64,000 nt of DNA from Nitrospirota bacterium (GTDB lineage Bacteria > Nitrospirota > UBA9217). The position numbers and the translations under genes were made by a program. Of the stretch, positions 49,787 through 58,755 are shown piece after piece. The stretch covers positions 512,001 through 576,000 of the forward strand of contig CAWBNQ010000003.1 of assembly GCA_963790205.1 (NCBI GenBank), in the 5' to 3' direction. The stretch's first letter is position 1. The number at the start of each line of letters is the position of its first letter. Below the pieces are notes generated by a model. The model had not been told where the DNA came from. It did no database searches and was given only the letters and a program-made list of their open reading frames with translations.

Positions 49787-49908
49787 GTTTACTGCAGGGA
49801 GCTCAATTATATATGTTTGGACCTGTTCTGTAAAGCATCATCAGGTTTCAGTATGGAATTCGGCTATACTTTTATGAGAGAGCGAACAGAAAAACGGTAA
49901 AAAATCGG

Positions 49909-50661
49909 ATGAGCTATTTTCTGCAACAAACCGCAGCAAAAAAACCGGCATCGGCTGCAGTCCCCGTCTTTCACGTACGCGGTCTCACGAAGATCTACGA
50001 GATGGGCGAGGTGAAGGTGGCGGCATTGCGCGGCGTGGATTTCGATCTTCTTTCCGCCGAGCTGATCGTGCTCCTGGGGCCGTCGGGGAGCGGAAAGTCC
50101 ACGCTTTTGAACATTCTGGGCGGGCTCGACACAGCAACGGAGGGAGAGGTGATCTATTGCGGAAAGGACCTCACGCGCGCCACGGAGCAGGAGCTCACCG
50201 AGTACCGGCGGTTCCATGTGGGCTTCGTGTTCCAGTTCTACAACCTGATCCCGAGCTTGACCGCCCGGGAGAACGTTGCGGTGGTGACGGAGATCGCGAA
50301 CAACCCGATGCGCCCTGAGGACGCCCTTGCCGTCGTCGGCCTCGCGGAGCGGCTCGACCATTTCCCGGCGCAGCTTTCGGGCGGCGAACAGCAGCGGATC
50401 GCCATTGCCCGGGCGATCTCGAAGAACCCCGAGGTGCTCCTGTGCGACGAGCCCACGGGCGCCCTCGATTCCCAGACCGGGATCGTCGTTCTCGAAGCGC
50501 TGGAGCGGGTGAACCGCGAGCTCGGGACCGCCACGGTCATCATCACCCACAACGTCGACATCGCGGCCATGGCGGACCGCGTAGTCCATCTCTCCAACGG
50601 CCTCATCGCTGAAACTGCGAGGAACGCGAAGAGAAAGCCGCCGAGGGAGCTGCATTGGTAG
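49909..50661 (+). CDS. ABC transporter ATP-binding protein (LolD/MacB-like)
   Basis: [28 protein letters not shown]. Confidence 0.95.
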   Translation: MSYFLQQTAAKKPASAAVPVFHVRGLTKIYEMGEVKVAALRGVDFDLLSAELIVLLGPSGSGKSTLLNILGGLDTATEGEVIYCGKDLTRATEQELTEYRRFHVGFVFQFYNLIPSLTARENVAVVTEIANNPMRPEDALAVVGLAERLDHFPAQLSGGEQQRIAIARAISKNPEVLLCDEPTGALDSQTGIVVLEALERVNRELGTATVIITHNVDIAAMADRVVHLSNGLIAETARNAKRKPPRELHW

Positions 50662-50671
50662 GGCATTTATA

Positions 50672-50740
50672 GATTGTCGATTGTTGATTGTAGAGTGAGG
50701 ATCAAGTGAGTTTTTCAATCAACAATCATCGATCAGCAAT
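50672..50740. repeat. 7-nt periodic palindromic repeat
   Basis: GATTGTC GATTGTT GATTG ... CAATCAA CAATCAT CGATCAG CAAT. Confidence 0.65.
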
Positions 50741-50746
50741 GATCTT

Positions 50747-53110
50747 ATGAAGGCTTTGGACAAAAAACTCTGGCGCGACCTCTGGCAGATGAAGGGCCAG
50801 GCCCTGGCGATCATTCTCGTGATCGTGAGCGGCGTTGCCACTTTTGTCATGTTCATCAGCACCATGCACTCGCTCAACATGACGCGGGACGCCTTTTACC
50901 GCGATTTCGGGTTTGCCGAGGTCTTCGGCTCCCTCAAGCGCGCGCCGGAAAGCCTGAAGGAACGCATTCGCGAGGTCCCGGGAGTGAACCTCGTCGAGAC
51001 GCGTGTGGCAGCCGACGTGAAGCTCGATATCCCGGGGTACAACGAGCCGGTCACGGCCAGGCTCGTGTCCGTGCCGGACATCGGAAAGCCTCTCCTGAAC
51101 CGGCTGTACCTCAGAACCGGCAGGATGGTCGATCCCTCGAAGGACAACGAGGTGATCGTGAGCGAGGCGTTCGCCCAGGCCCACCAATTCAGGCCCGGCG
51201 ATTCCTTCGGCGCGGTGATCAACGGCAGGTGGCGGACCCTGGTCATCACCGGCATAGCGCTTTCGCCGGAGTTCGTTCTACAGGTAAGGCCCGGAGGCAT
51301 CAGTCCCGACTTCAAGCGTTACGGCATTCTCTGGATGAGCCGCAAGGCCCTGGGCACGGCCTACGACATGGACGGCGCGTTCAACGACGTGGTGCTCTCG
51401 CTCTCTCCGGGCGCCAAAGCTGACGACGTGATCCTGCGGCTCGACGCCATTCTCGACCGCTACGGCGGTCTCGGCGCCATCGGCAGGAAGGACCAGATGT
51501 CGAACCGGTTCCTGTCCGAGGAATTCCGCCAGCTCCAGCGTTTCGCCGAGATTTTTCCAATGATCTTCATCGGCGTCGCTGCCTTTCTTTTGAACGTGGT
51601 CATCAGCAGGACCGTGAGCACCCAGCGGGAGCAGATCGCGGCCTTGAAGGCCATCGGCTACAGCAACCTCGATGTGGGCATTCACTACGTCAAGCTCGTG
51701 CTTGTGATCGTCGTGATCGGCGTTGTTGCCGGCACGGCGGTTGGTGTCTGGATGGGCAAGGGCCTGGGGCGGATCTACCTGGAATTCTACCGGTTTCCCG
51801 GTCTTACGTTCGAACTGAACCCTGGCGTCGTGGCCGCTGCAGTGTTGATCACGGCGGGTTCTGCGCTTATGGGTACGCTCCGGTCGGTCCGGCAGGCGGC
51901 GCTTCTTCCTCCAGCCCAGGCAATGAGGCCCGAGCCGCCCTCCAGTTATAAGACATCGTTCCTCGAAAAGATCGGCCTCATCCCCATCCTGTCCCAGCCT
52001 TCGCGGATCATTCTGCGGAACCTCGGGCGGAAGCCCGTCAAGGCCCTTATGTCAGTTGTAGGCATTTCCTTTGCCTGCGCGATCATGATCACGAGCGGGT
52101 TCTTCAGCGATTCGATGGACTTCATGGTCGATGTGCAGTTCCGCCAGGCACAGCAGGAGGACATGACCGTTACCTACACCGAGGCCGCGTCGCGCAGGAC
52201 AATATACGAACTGAAGGGGCTCGCGGGCGTGGAACATGTCGAGCCGTTTCGAGCTGTACCGGCCCGGTTCCGTTTCGGCCATCGCACCTACCGGACCGTG
52301 ATCCAGGGGTTCGACCCCGGGACGAAGCTCCATCACCTGCTCGACATGCAGTTAAAACCCATCACCCTGCCGCCCGACGGCATCGTGCTGACCGACTATC
52401 TTGCGAACATGCTCGGCATCAGGGCCGGAGACATGCTGACCATCGAAGTGCTCGAGGGAAACCGTCCAATCCGCCAGGTCCCGGTGGTCGCCCTGGTACG
52501 GCAGTATATCGGGGTCATGGGATACATGGACCGGTCGGCCCTCAACCGTCTGATGCGGGAAGGGGACCTGGCGTCGGGCGCCTACCTGACCGTGGACAGC
52601 GCAGAGCAAGCGCGCCTTTACCGGACCCTGGTCGAGATGCCGCGAGTGGCCGGCGCGGTGGTCCGGCTGGACGAGATCAGGAATTTCTACCAGACCCAGG
52701 CGGAATCCATGCTCTTCTTCACATTCATCGCCACCCTTATGGGCGGGACCATCGCCTTCGGCGTGGTGTATAACAGCGCGAGGATATCCCTGTCCGAACG
52801 GAGCCGCGAGCTTGCAAGTCTCCGGGTGCTGGGCTATACGCGAGGCGAGATCTCCTATATTCTGCTGGGCGAGCTCGGCCTCCTGACGCTGGCTGCACTG
52901 CCGTTCGGATTCATCTTCGGCAGGATGCTCTGCAGTTACATCACTCATGCGATAGAGTCGGACCTCTTCCGCGTTCCCGTGGTGCTCCATGCCTCGACCT
53001 ATGCCCTGGGCGCGGCGGTCGTACTCGTATCGGCGTCCGTGTCGAGCCTGATCGTCCGGCACCGGCTGGACCACCTGGACCTCGTGGGAGTGTTGAAGAC
53101 GAAGGAATGA
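50747..53110 (+). CDS. ABC transporter permease (FtsX/MacB-like, duplicated)
   Basis: 'LDKKLWRDLW', 'QREQIAALKAIGYS', 'ERSRELASLRVLGYT'. Confidence 0.93.
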   Translation: MKALDKKLWRDLWQMKGQALAIILVIVSGVATFVMFISTMHSLNMTRDAFYRDFGFAEVFGSLKRAPESLKERIREVPGVNLVETRVAADVKLDIPGYNEPVTARLVSVPDIGKPLLNRLYLRTGRMVDPSKDNEVIVSEAFAQAHQFRPGDSFGAVINGRWRTLVITGIALSPEFVLQVRPGGISPDFKRYGILWMSRKALGTAYDMDGAFNDVVLSLSPGAKADDVILRLDAILDRYGGLGAIGRKDQMSNRFLSEEFRQLQRFAEIFPMIFIGVAAFLLNVVISRTVSTQREQIAALKAIGYSNLDVGIHYVKLVLVIVVIGVVAGTAVGVWMGKGLGRIYLEFYRFPGLTFELNPGVVAAAVLITAGSALMGTLRSVRQAALLPPAQAMRPEPPSSYKTSFLEKIGLIPILSQPSRIILRNLGRKPVKALMSVVGISFACAIMITSGFFSDSMDFMVDVQFRQAQQEDMTVTYTEAASRRTIYELKGLAGVEHVEPFRAVPARFRFGHRTYRTVIQGFDPGTKLHHLLDMQLKPITLPPDGIVLTDYLANMLGIRAGDMLTIEVLEGNRPIRQVPVVALVRQYIGVMGYMDRSALNRLMREGDLASGAYLTVDSAEQARLYRTLVEMPRVAGAVVRLDEIRNFYQTQAESMLFFTFIATLMGGTIAFGVVYNSARISLSERSRELASLRVLGYTRGEISYILLGELGLLTLAALPFGFIFGRMLCSYITHAIESDLFRVPVVLHASTYALGAAVVLVSASVSSLIVRHRLDHLDLVGVLKTKE

Positions 53111-53114
53111 TTGT

Positions 53115-53153
53115 ATTGCGAATTTCGGATTGCGGATAGCTGATTGCGGAATG
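53115..53153. repeat. 7-nt tandem repeat (ATTGCGG-like x5)
   Basis: ATTGCGA ATTTCGG ATTGCGG ATAGCTG ATTGCGG. Confidence 0.6.
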
Positions 53154-53163
53154 AGGTGATTCG

Positions 53164-54363
53164 ATGAAAGCTCAAACTCGCAGAAGCATATTTGTCGTCA
53201 CCGTCGGAGTTCTCGTCGCGCTTGCACTCGTCTACGGGTTCATGCCAAAGCCCGTATCCGTGGATGCGATAGCGGCCCGGCGCGGGCCTTTCCGGGTCAC
53301 GGTGGAAGAAGAGGGAAGGACGCGGGTGAAGGACCGCTTCGTTGTCTCGTCGCCTGTTCCGGGGTATCTTCAGCGGATCGATCTCGAGGTGGGAGATGTT
53401 GTCAGCAAGGGTCGGCGGATTGCCGTGCTCGAACCGCTCCGCTCCACGGTCCTCGATCCCCGGAGTCGCGCAGAGGCGGAAGCTTCAGCAGCGTCGGCAA
53501 AGGCGGTGCTCGACGCGGCGAAAGAGAAAGCGCGCGCAGCCATGGCCGATGCTGAATATGCCCGCGAGCGAAACATCCGCATGAAGAAGCTGGCCGGGGG
53601 CGGCTTCATCTCGAGGGATGATCTCGAACAATCGGATTCGGAGGCCAAGAAGGCCGAGGCAACGCGGCTTTCCGCGGAAGCGGCGGTGACAGCGGCGGCG
53701 GCCGATCTTGAGCGGGCGCAAAGCGTGCTCCGCTACTCGGCGGCCGAGCATGAGCCGGGCGGCGGAAAGACCGTCATCGTGCATGCGCCGGTGAGCGGCA
53801 GGGTCTTGAAACTGCACCGCGAGAGCGAAGGCGTGGTGAATTCGGGAGACCCGCTCGTGGACATCGGCGATCCCCGCCTGCTGGAGGTCAAGGCCGAGGT
53901 GCTTTCAGCCGACGCGGTAAAGATCAGAAAAGGCACGCCGGTGGTCTTCGAGCGCTGGGGAGGGGACAAGCCGTTGTCAGGCAGGGTGGGGGTCGTGGAG
54001 CCCGCCGGGTTCACGAAGATATCGAGCCTGGGCGTGGAAGAACAGCGCGTCCTCGTGATCGTGGACTTTACCTCGCCTGCCGACGTCTGGGAAGGGCTCG
54101 GCGACGCATACCGGCTCGACACGAGCTTCATCATCTGGGAGGGGAAAGACGTGCTCCAGGCGCCGGCGAGCGCGCTTTTCCGAAAGGGTGAAGACTGGGC
54201 CCTCTTTACGATCGAGAACAAGCGTGCGCGCCTCCGGACGGTGGAGGTTGGCCATCGGAACGGCTTGAGCGCCGAGATCCTCTCCGGCCTCAAGGAGGGC
54301 GAGATGGTCGTCGCCCATCCCGATGATGAGGTCAAGGACGGGGCGCGGGTGAAGGTGCGGTGA
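53164..54363 (+). CDS. Efflux periplasmic adaptor (HlyD/MacA family)
   Basis: N-terminal TM helix, lipoyl half motifs (VSSPVPG, APVSGRV), coiled coil, 'EILSGLKEGE.VV'. Confidence 0.93.
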   Translation: MKAQTRRSIFVVTVGVLVALALVYGFMPKPVSVDAIAARRGPFRVTVEEEGRTRVKDRFVVSSPVPGYLQRIDLEVGDVVSKGRRIAVLEPLRSTVLDPRSRAEAEASAASAKAVLDAAKEKARAAMADAEYARERNIRMKKLAGGGFISRDDLEQSDSEAKKAEATRLSAEAAVTAAAADLERAQSVLRYSAAEHEPGGGKTVIVHAPVSGRVLKLHRESEGVVNSGDPLVDIGDPRLLEVKAEVLSADAVKIRKGTPVVFERWGGDKPLSGRVGVVEPAGFTKISSLGVEEQRVLVIVDFTSPADVWEGLGDAYRLDTSFIIWEGKDVLQAPASALFRKGEDWALFTIENKRARLRTVEVGHRNGLSAEILSGLKEGEMVVAHPDDEVKDGARVKVR

Positions 54364-54485
54364 ATATATCAGCAATGAAATATCGGATTTTTTTCTATCC
54401 ACAGACCTTATGATTAAAAAGGCAAGTCTGACTTAAGGTATATTAGGTCTATCCCGGACCAAAATACACCAAAAGGAGACTTGCC

Positions 54486-55556
54486 ATGAATAACGTTAGC
54501 AGACTCGATTTCACTGGTCAACAAATTTATGTCGGTATGGACATTCATAAGAAAAGTTGGAGCATCAGTATTTTTACCGATCAGTTCGAGCATAAGACCT
54601 TTTCACAACCTCCGGAGGTCGGGGTGCTGGTAAACTATCTCAAACGCAATTTTCCGGGTGCAGCCTATAAGTCGGTCTATGAGGCCGGTTACTCCGGTTT
54701 CTGGATACATGACCGGCTTCAGGAGCGAGGCATACAATGTCTCGTGGTCAATCCGGCGGATGTGCCCACAAAAGACAAAGAGCGCGCAGGCAAGACCGAC
54801 CGGGTGGACTGCCGCAAGCTAGCCCGGAGCCTCAGAAACGGCGACATCGAAGGGATCTATGTCCCTACGCGACCAAAAGTCGAGGACCGCAGCCTCCTTC
54901 GTACTCGAAATAGCATGGTAAGGAAACAAACTCGCTGCAAGAACCAGATCAAGTCGATCCTGAGCTTTTACGGTATCGACATACCGGACGATTTCATCAA
55001 CGGTTACTGGTCCAAACGCTTCATCAATTGGATCGAGTCCGTACAAATGGAGCGGGCCAGCGGCAACCTATCACTCAAGATACACTTAGACGAGCTTAAG
55101 CATCTTCGGCATATCATTGCCGAGATGAACCGGGCGATCCGCGCCCTGGCCAATTCGGACGACTATCGGAACAATGTCCGGATACTTAAGACCGTGCCGG
55201 GAATCAGTACCTTGACCGCGATGATGCTCTTGACGGAGCTGTATGACATCAATCGTTTCAAGACGCTCGACAAACTCTGCAGCTACGTTGGCCTTATCCC
55301 CGATACCGATTCCAGCGGGGAAAAGGACCTTAAAACCGGCATGACCGGCAGGCGGAACGCCCAGCTTCGCTTCGTCTTGATCGAAAGCGCTTGGACGGCG
55401 GTGCGAAAAGACCCTGCCCTAATGATGGCGTTCAATGAGCTGTGCAAACACATGACAAAGACCAAAGCTATCGTTCGGATCGCCCGGAAGCTGTTAAACC
55501 GCGTCCGGTACGTTTTAAAGAACCAACAAGAATACACTACGGCGGTTGTTCAATAA
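54486..55556 (+). CDS. IS110 family transposase/recombinase
   Basis: 356 aa, identical to copies 1 and 2; AAGGAG RBS. Confidence 0.96.
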   Translation: MNNVSRLDFTGQQIYVGMDIHKKSWSISIFTDQFEHKTFSQPPEVGVLVNYLKRNFPGAAYKSVYEAGYSGFWIHDRLQERGIQCLVVNPADVPTKDKERAGKTDRVDCRKLARSLRNGDIEGIYVPTRPKVEDRSLLRTRNSMVRKQTRCKNQIKSILSFYGIDIPDDFINGYWSKRFINWIESVQMERASGNLSLKIHLDELKHLRHIIAEMNRAIRALANSDDYRNNVRILKTVPGISTLTAMMLLTELYDINRFKTLDKLCSYVGLIPDTDSSGEKDLKTGMTGRRNAQLRFVLIESAWTAVRKDPALMMAFNELCKHMTKTKAIVRIARKLLNRVRYVLKNQQEYTTAVVQ

Positions 55557-55825
55557 AAAACCGATATTTATAGCCGATCTTAAACCCGTGTTTCACCGTG
55601 GGTATCGTCTTGCGTAATCTACAGCGGATCGAAAGATGCCGTCTGTGCTTCCACAGACTACGAACCCACGCCTTCATAATTAATCAAGGCAATGCAGCGT
55701 TTTCTTCATCAACGAAGACTGTCTGCTCATAGAAGATTGGGTTTGAAGATTGCGTTCGCTATAAATCGCTCCTTAATAAAAGAGATGCGTTTATGCCAAA
55801 AGAAAGACTTGCTTTTTAACATAGA
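55557..55825 (+). ncRNA. Putative bridge/seekRNA region, IS110 copy 3
   Basis: Stem 55597-55608/55660-55670 encloses an internal loop with target-matching TGCGTAATCT (55611-55620) and TCCACAGA (55650-55657) and a GAAA-capped hairpin; donor-matching CATAGAAGA at 55728-55736. Confidence 0.85.
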
Positions 55826-55935
55826 AGATTACTCAGATTGCACAGATTAATGAGGCCGGAATTTTTGGGTTTTAAATCTGCGTCCGTCTGCGAAATCTGC
55901 GGATAGATCGGCTTTTCGCGTTTTTGCCTCATCCT

Positions 55936-56397
55936 ATGCCCAAGACCAGCGCAGGTATTTTATTATATAAAGGAAAGGACGACGAGCTTCGGGTCTTCCT
56001 CGTCCATCCCGGAGGGCCGTTCTTCGCGAAAAAGGACGAGGGGGCCTGGTCCGTGCCGAAAGGAGAGCTCGACGAGGGCGAGGATGCGCTCGCCGCGGCC
56101 CGGAGGGAATTCGAGGAAGAGACCGGATGCGAGCTGGAGGGAATGTTCGTCCCGCTCTCGCCAATCACACAGAAGGGCGGCAAGATCGTCCTTGCCTGGG
56201 CAGTTGAGGGTGACTGCGACGCTGACGCGATCAGGAGCAACACCTTCGCGCTCGAATGGCCGCTAAAGTCGGGCAGGATGCAGGAGTTCCCGGAAGTGGA
56301 CCGGGCGGGATGGTTCACGGTCGAAGAAGCGAAAAAAAAGATCAATCCCGCACAGGCAGCGCTGGTGGATGAGCTGCTGAGTACGCTGACAAACTGA
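55936..56397 (+). CDS. NUDIX hydrolase
   Basis: 'LVHPGGPF', 'WSVPKGE.....DALAAARREFEEETG'. Confidence 0.92.
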   Translation: MPKTSAGILLYKGKDDELRVFLVHPGGPFFAKKDEGAWSVPKGELDEGEDALAAARREFEEETGCELEGMFVPLSPITQKGGKIVLAWAVEGDCDADAIRSNTFALEWPLKSGRMQEFPEVDRAGWFTVEEAKKKINPAQAALVDELLSTLTN

Positions 56398-56427
56398 TCA
56401 AGATTCAAAGCGATCGAGGTAACGCTC

Positions 56428-56682
56428 ATGTGTAGAAACATCAAGACCCTTTTCAACTTCGAACCGCCTGTGACGGACGAAGAGATTCGCGGGGCCTCAC
56501 TGCAATTCGTGAGAAAAGTAAGCGGCTTCAACAAGCCCTCGAAGGCCAACGAAGCCGCATTTCTTGCGGCTGTTGACGAGGTGGCGGCAATTACCAGAAG
56601 TCTTCTGAGCTCGCTTGAGACGAACGCACCGCCGAGGAACCGTGCAGAAGAGGCTGCCAAAGCACGAGCACGCGCTGTTTAA
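56428..56682 (+). CDS. DUF2277 family protein
   Basis: 'MCRNIKTLFNFEPP.TDEEIR.ASLQFVRKVSG'. Confidence 0.9.
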   Translation: MCRNIKTLFNFEPPVTDEEIRGASLQFVRKVSGFNKPSKANEAAFLAAVDEVAAITRSLLSSLETNAPPRNRAEEAAKARARAV

Positions 56683-56796
56683 AGGTTTTCTACGTGAACA
56701 GCTTTCCATCGATCCCACATTCGGGCGGGGAGCGTCCAGCAGCGTTTCTTCCCCGACAGACTAGCGTAGTGCGTCATAAATCTCTTTACATAGGTG

Positions 56797-56868
56797 GTCA
56801 TTCTGAGCGCGGTGAAGAATCACGCATTTTCAAATCGTTGCAAGACCCTTCACTTCGTTCAGGGTGAC
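56797..56868. repeat. REP-like palindrome (GTCATTCTGAGCG...CGTTCAGGGTGAC)
   Basis: Terminal inverted arms between convergent genes. Confidence 0.65.
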
Positions 56869-56901
56869 AACTTAAGCTAAAGAAGCGTTGGAAACGTTAC
56901 A

Positions 56902-57573
56902 CTAACAATAGTTCAACCCCGCCACGTACGAGCCGTCTTCCCGCTGCCGGACCCAGCGAACTGTCGCGGGACGGCACGGGCGCACGGGCCCCGAATCAAC
57001 GCAAACCCGCTGTTCTCTGATCAGCGGAGACTTCAACTCGAGGCAGAGGCCCGACTCGCTCACATTGAGCGCGGCCCCCTCCAGAAGCTCCTCGTTGTGA
57101 CCTACCATACGGGCCATTGCGCGGGAAAGGGGACGGCGCACTTCCTTTCTCAGGGCGGGCAGCGGGCTCGAAAGGTCGGTCCGTTCTCTACACGTATTCA
57201 GCCACTGTCTTATCTCAGAGAAGCGGAGCGGTTTCTGGAAAAAAATATATCCCATACCCTCTATTTCCTTCCGCAGCGCGTCGTCGCCATGGCCTGATAT
57301 CAAGGCCTTGTTCTTGAGCGGCAGCGCGCAGCCCATCTTTACCTGTTCCCGCAGCAGTTGAAGCCCGTTCATGCCCGGCATCTTGTAATCCGTGATCAGA
57401 ACGTCCACACAGGGGGAAAGGGCGGGGCAGGAATGCGAGCAATGGTCATAGGTCGGGCATACGACGGGTTCCCCGTACGCGAGCACCTCGCAATCTTTGC
57501 CGGAGAAGAACTCCCTGAAGAGTGAAAGGATCGGCTCTTCATCATCGAAAACGAGCATGCGCAGCTTTCTCAT
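56902..57573 (-). CDS. Response regulator receiver + PilZ domain protein
   Basis: 'LVFDDE', 'LITDYKMPGMNG', 'QKP'; PilZ 'RKEVR', 'NVSESG', 'VRW'. Confidence 0.88.
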   Translation of the reverse strand: MRKLRMLVFDDEEPILSLFREFFSGKDCEVLAYGEPVVCPTYDHCSHSCPALSPCVDVLITDYKMPGMNGLQLLREQVKMGCALPLKNKALISGHGDDALRKEIEGMGYIFFQKPLRFSEIRQWLNTCRERTDLSSPLPALRKEVRRPLSRAMARMVGHNEELLEGAALNVSESGLCLELKSPLIREQRVCVDSGPVRPCRPATVRWVRQREDGSYVAGLNYC

Positions 57574-57907
57574 ATCAGGCTCCTTTTTGGAACGATCCTG
57601 CGTACGGCGGTATGGCGGCCGCCGCGCGCTGCGCAGTCGTCACTTTTGCGCGTTCCCGCATTCAATCCAGAATTATGGACATTATTCGATAATAAGTCAA
57701 TGGAACACTGTGCAATAATCTTCAAGATAATAGTCGACGCCGGAGGTAAATCAATAGTACTATTTTCGATTCTCTTCAACCTTTTGTGAAAAGCGCAGCA
57801 TGAACACGGGGTACAGCGCGAAAAAACAAGAGTGGTTTTTCTCAAAGCCTGCTATATTCATAGGACAAGAGGCTTGCCTGAACTTTACTTTAGGGGGGGG
57901 ATCGTCC

Positions 57908-58705
57908 ATGTCTTCTCAAATGCCCGTACTGTTCATCGGTCATGGCTCGCCGATGAATATCATTCTGGAAAACGACTTCACCCGGAGTCTCGTTGCACTG
58001 GAGAAAAAACTGCCGAGACCGAAGGCCATTATGGTGGTGTCCGCGCACTGGCTTACGAACGGCACCTTCGTGACCTGCACGAAAAAGCCCGCGACCATCT
58101 ACGATTTTTACGGTTTTCCCCAGGAGCTTTACGAGATGGACTACCCCAGCCCCGGCGCTCCTGACGAAGCGCGGCTGGCCTGCGAGGCGGTGAGGAAAGT
58201 TGCTGTCGCCTGCGACCGGGAATGGGGGCTTGACCACGCGTCATGGGCGATCCTGAAGCATATGTATCCCATGGCCGACATCCCCGTGTTCGAGATGAGC
58301 CTCGATTATTCGTTCAACGACTGGCACCCGAAGCCGCTCCAGTATCACTACGACCTCGCGGCGGAGCTTGGCGCACTGCGAAAGCATGGGGTGCTGATAA
58401 TCGGGAGCGGCAACATCGTGCATAACCTCAAGCTCATAGACTTCGAGAACATGGACGCGGGACCGTATGACTGGGCGATGGAATTCGACAGCCAGGTCAA
58501 AGACCATCTGCTCCATCGAAACCACCAGGGTCTCATCCGCTATCAAAGCAACGGGAAAGCATCGGCCCTTTCCGTGCCGACGCTCGACCATTACCTGCCG
58601 ATGATCTATGCACTCGCCTTGCAGGAGAAGAACGAGCCCCTCACGTTCATTCACGAAGGATTTCAGAACGCCTCAATCTCAATGCGATGTTTTCAGATCG
58701 GATGA
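57908..58705 (+). CDS. ygiD: 4,5-DOPA extradiol dioxygenase (YgiD/LigB family)
   Basis: 'PVLFIGHGSPMN', 'SAHW', 'IYDFYGFP', 'GLDHASW', 'GSGNIVHNL', 'DHYLP'. Confidence 0.9.
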   Translation: MSSQMPVLFIGHGSPMNIILENDFTRSLVALEKKLPRPKAIMVVSAHWLTNGTFVTCTKKPATIYDFYGFPQELYEMDYPSPGAPDEARLACEAVRKVAVACDREWGLDHASWAILKHMYPMADIPVFEMSLDYSFNDWHPKPLQYHYDLAAELGALRKHGVLIIGSGNIVHNLKLIDFENMDAGPYDWAMEFDSQVKDHLLHRNHQGLIRYQSNGKASALSVPTLDHYLPMIYALALQEKNEPLTFIHEGFQNASISMRCFQIG

Positions 58706-58755
58706 CCGGGCGCGTGTGCTGGTTTTCATCACACTCGGTATACATCATGCCTGGT

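Larger units (their letters stand above)
54403..55828 (+). mobile_element. IS110-family (IS1111-type) element, copy 3
   Basis: 1426 bp between AGA cores (54403-54405, 55826-55828); sub-terminal IR TATGATTAAAAAGGCAAGTCT / AGACTTGCTTTTTAACATA. Confidence 0.95.
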
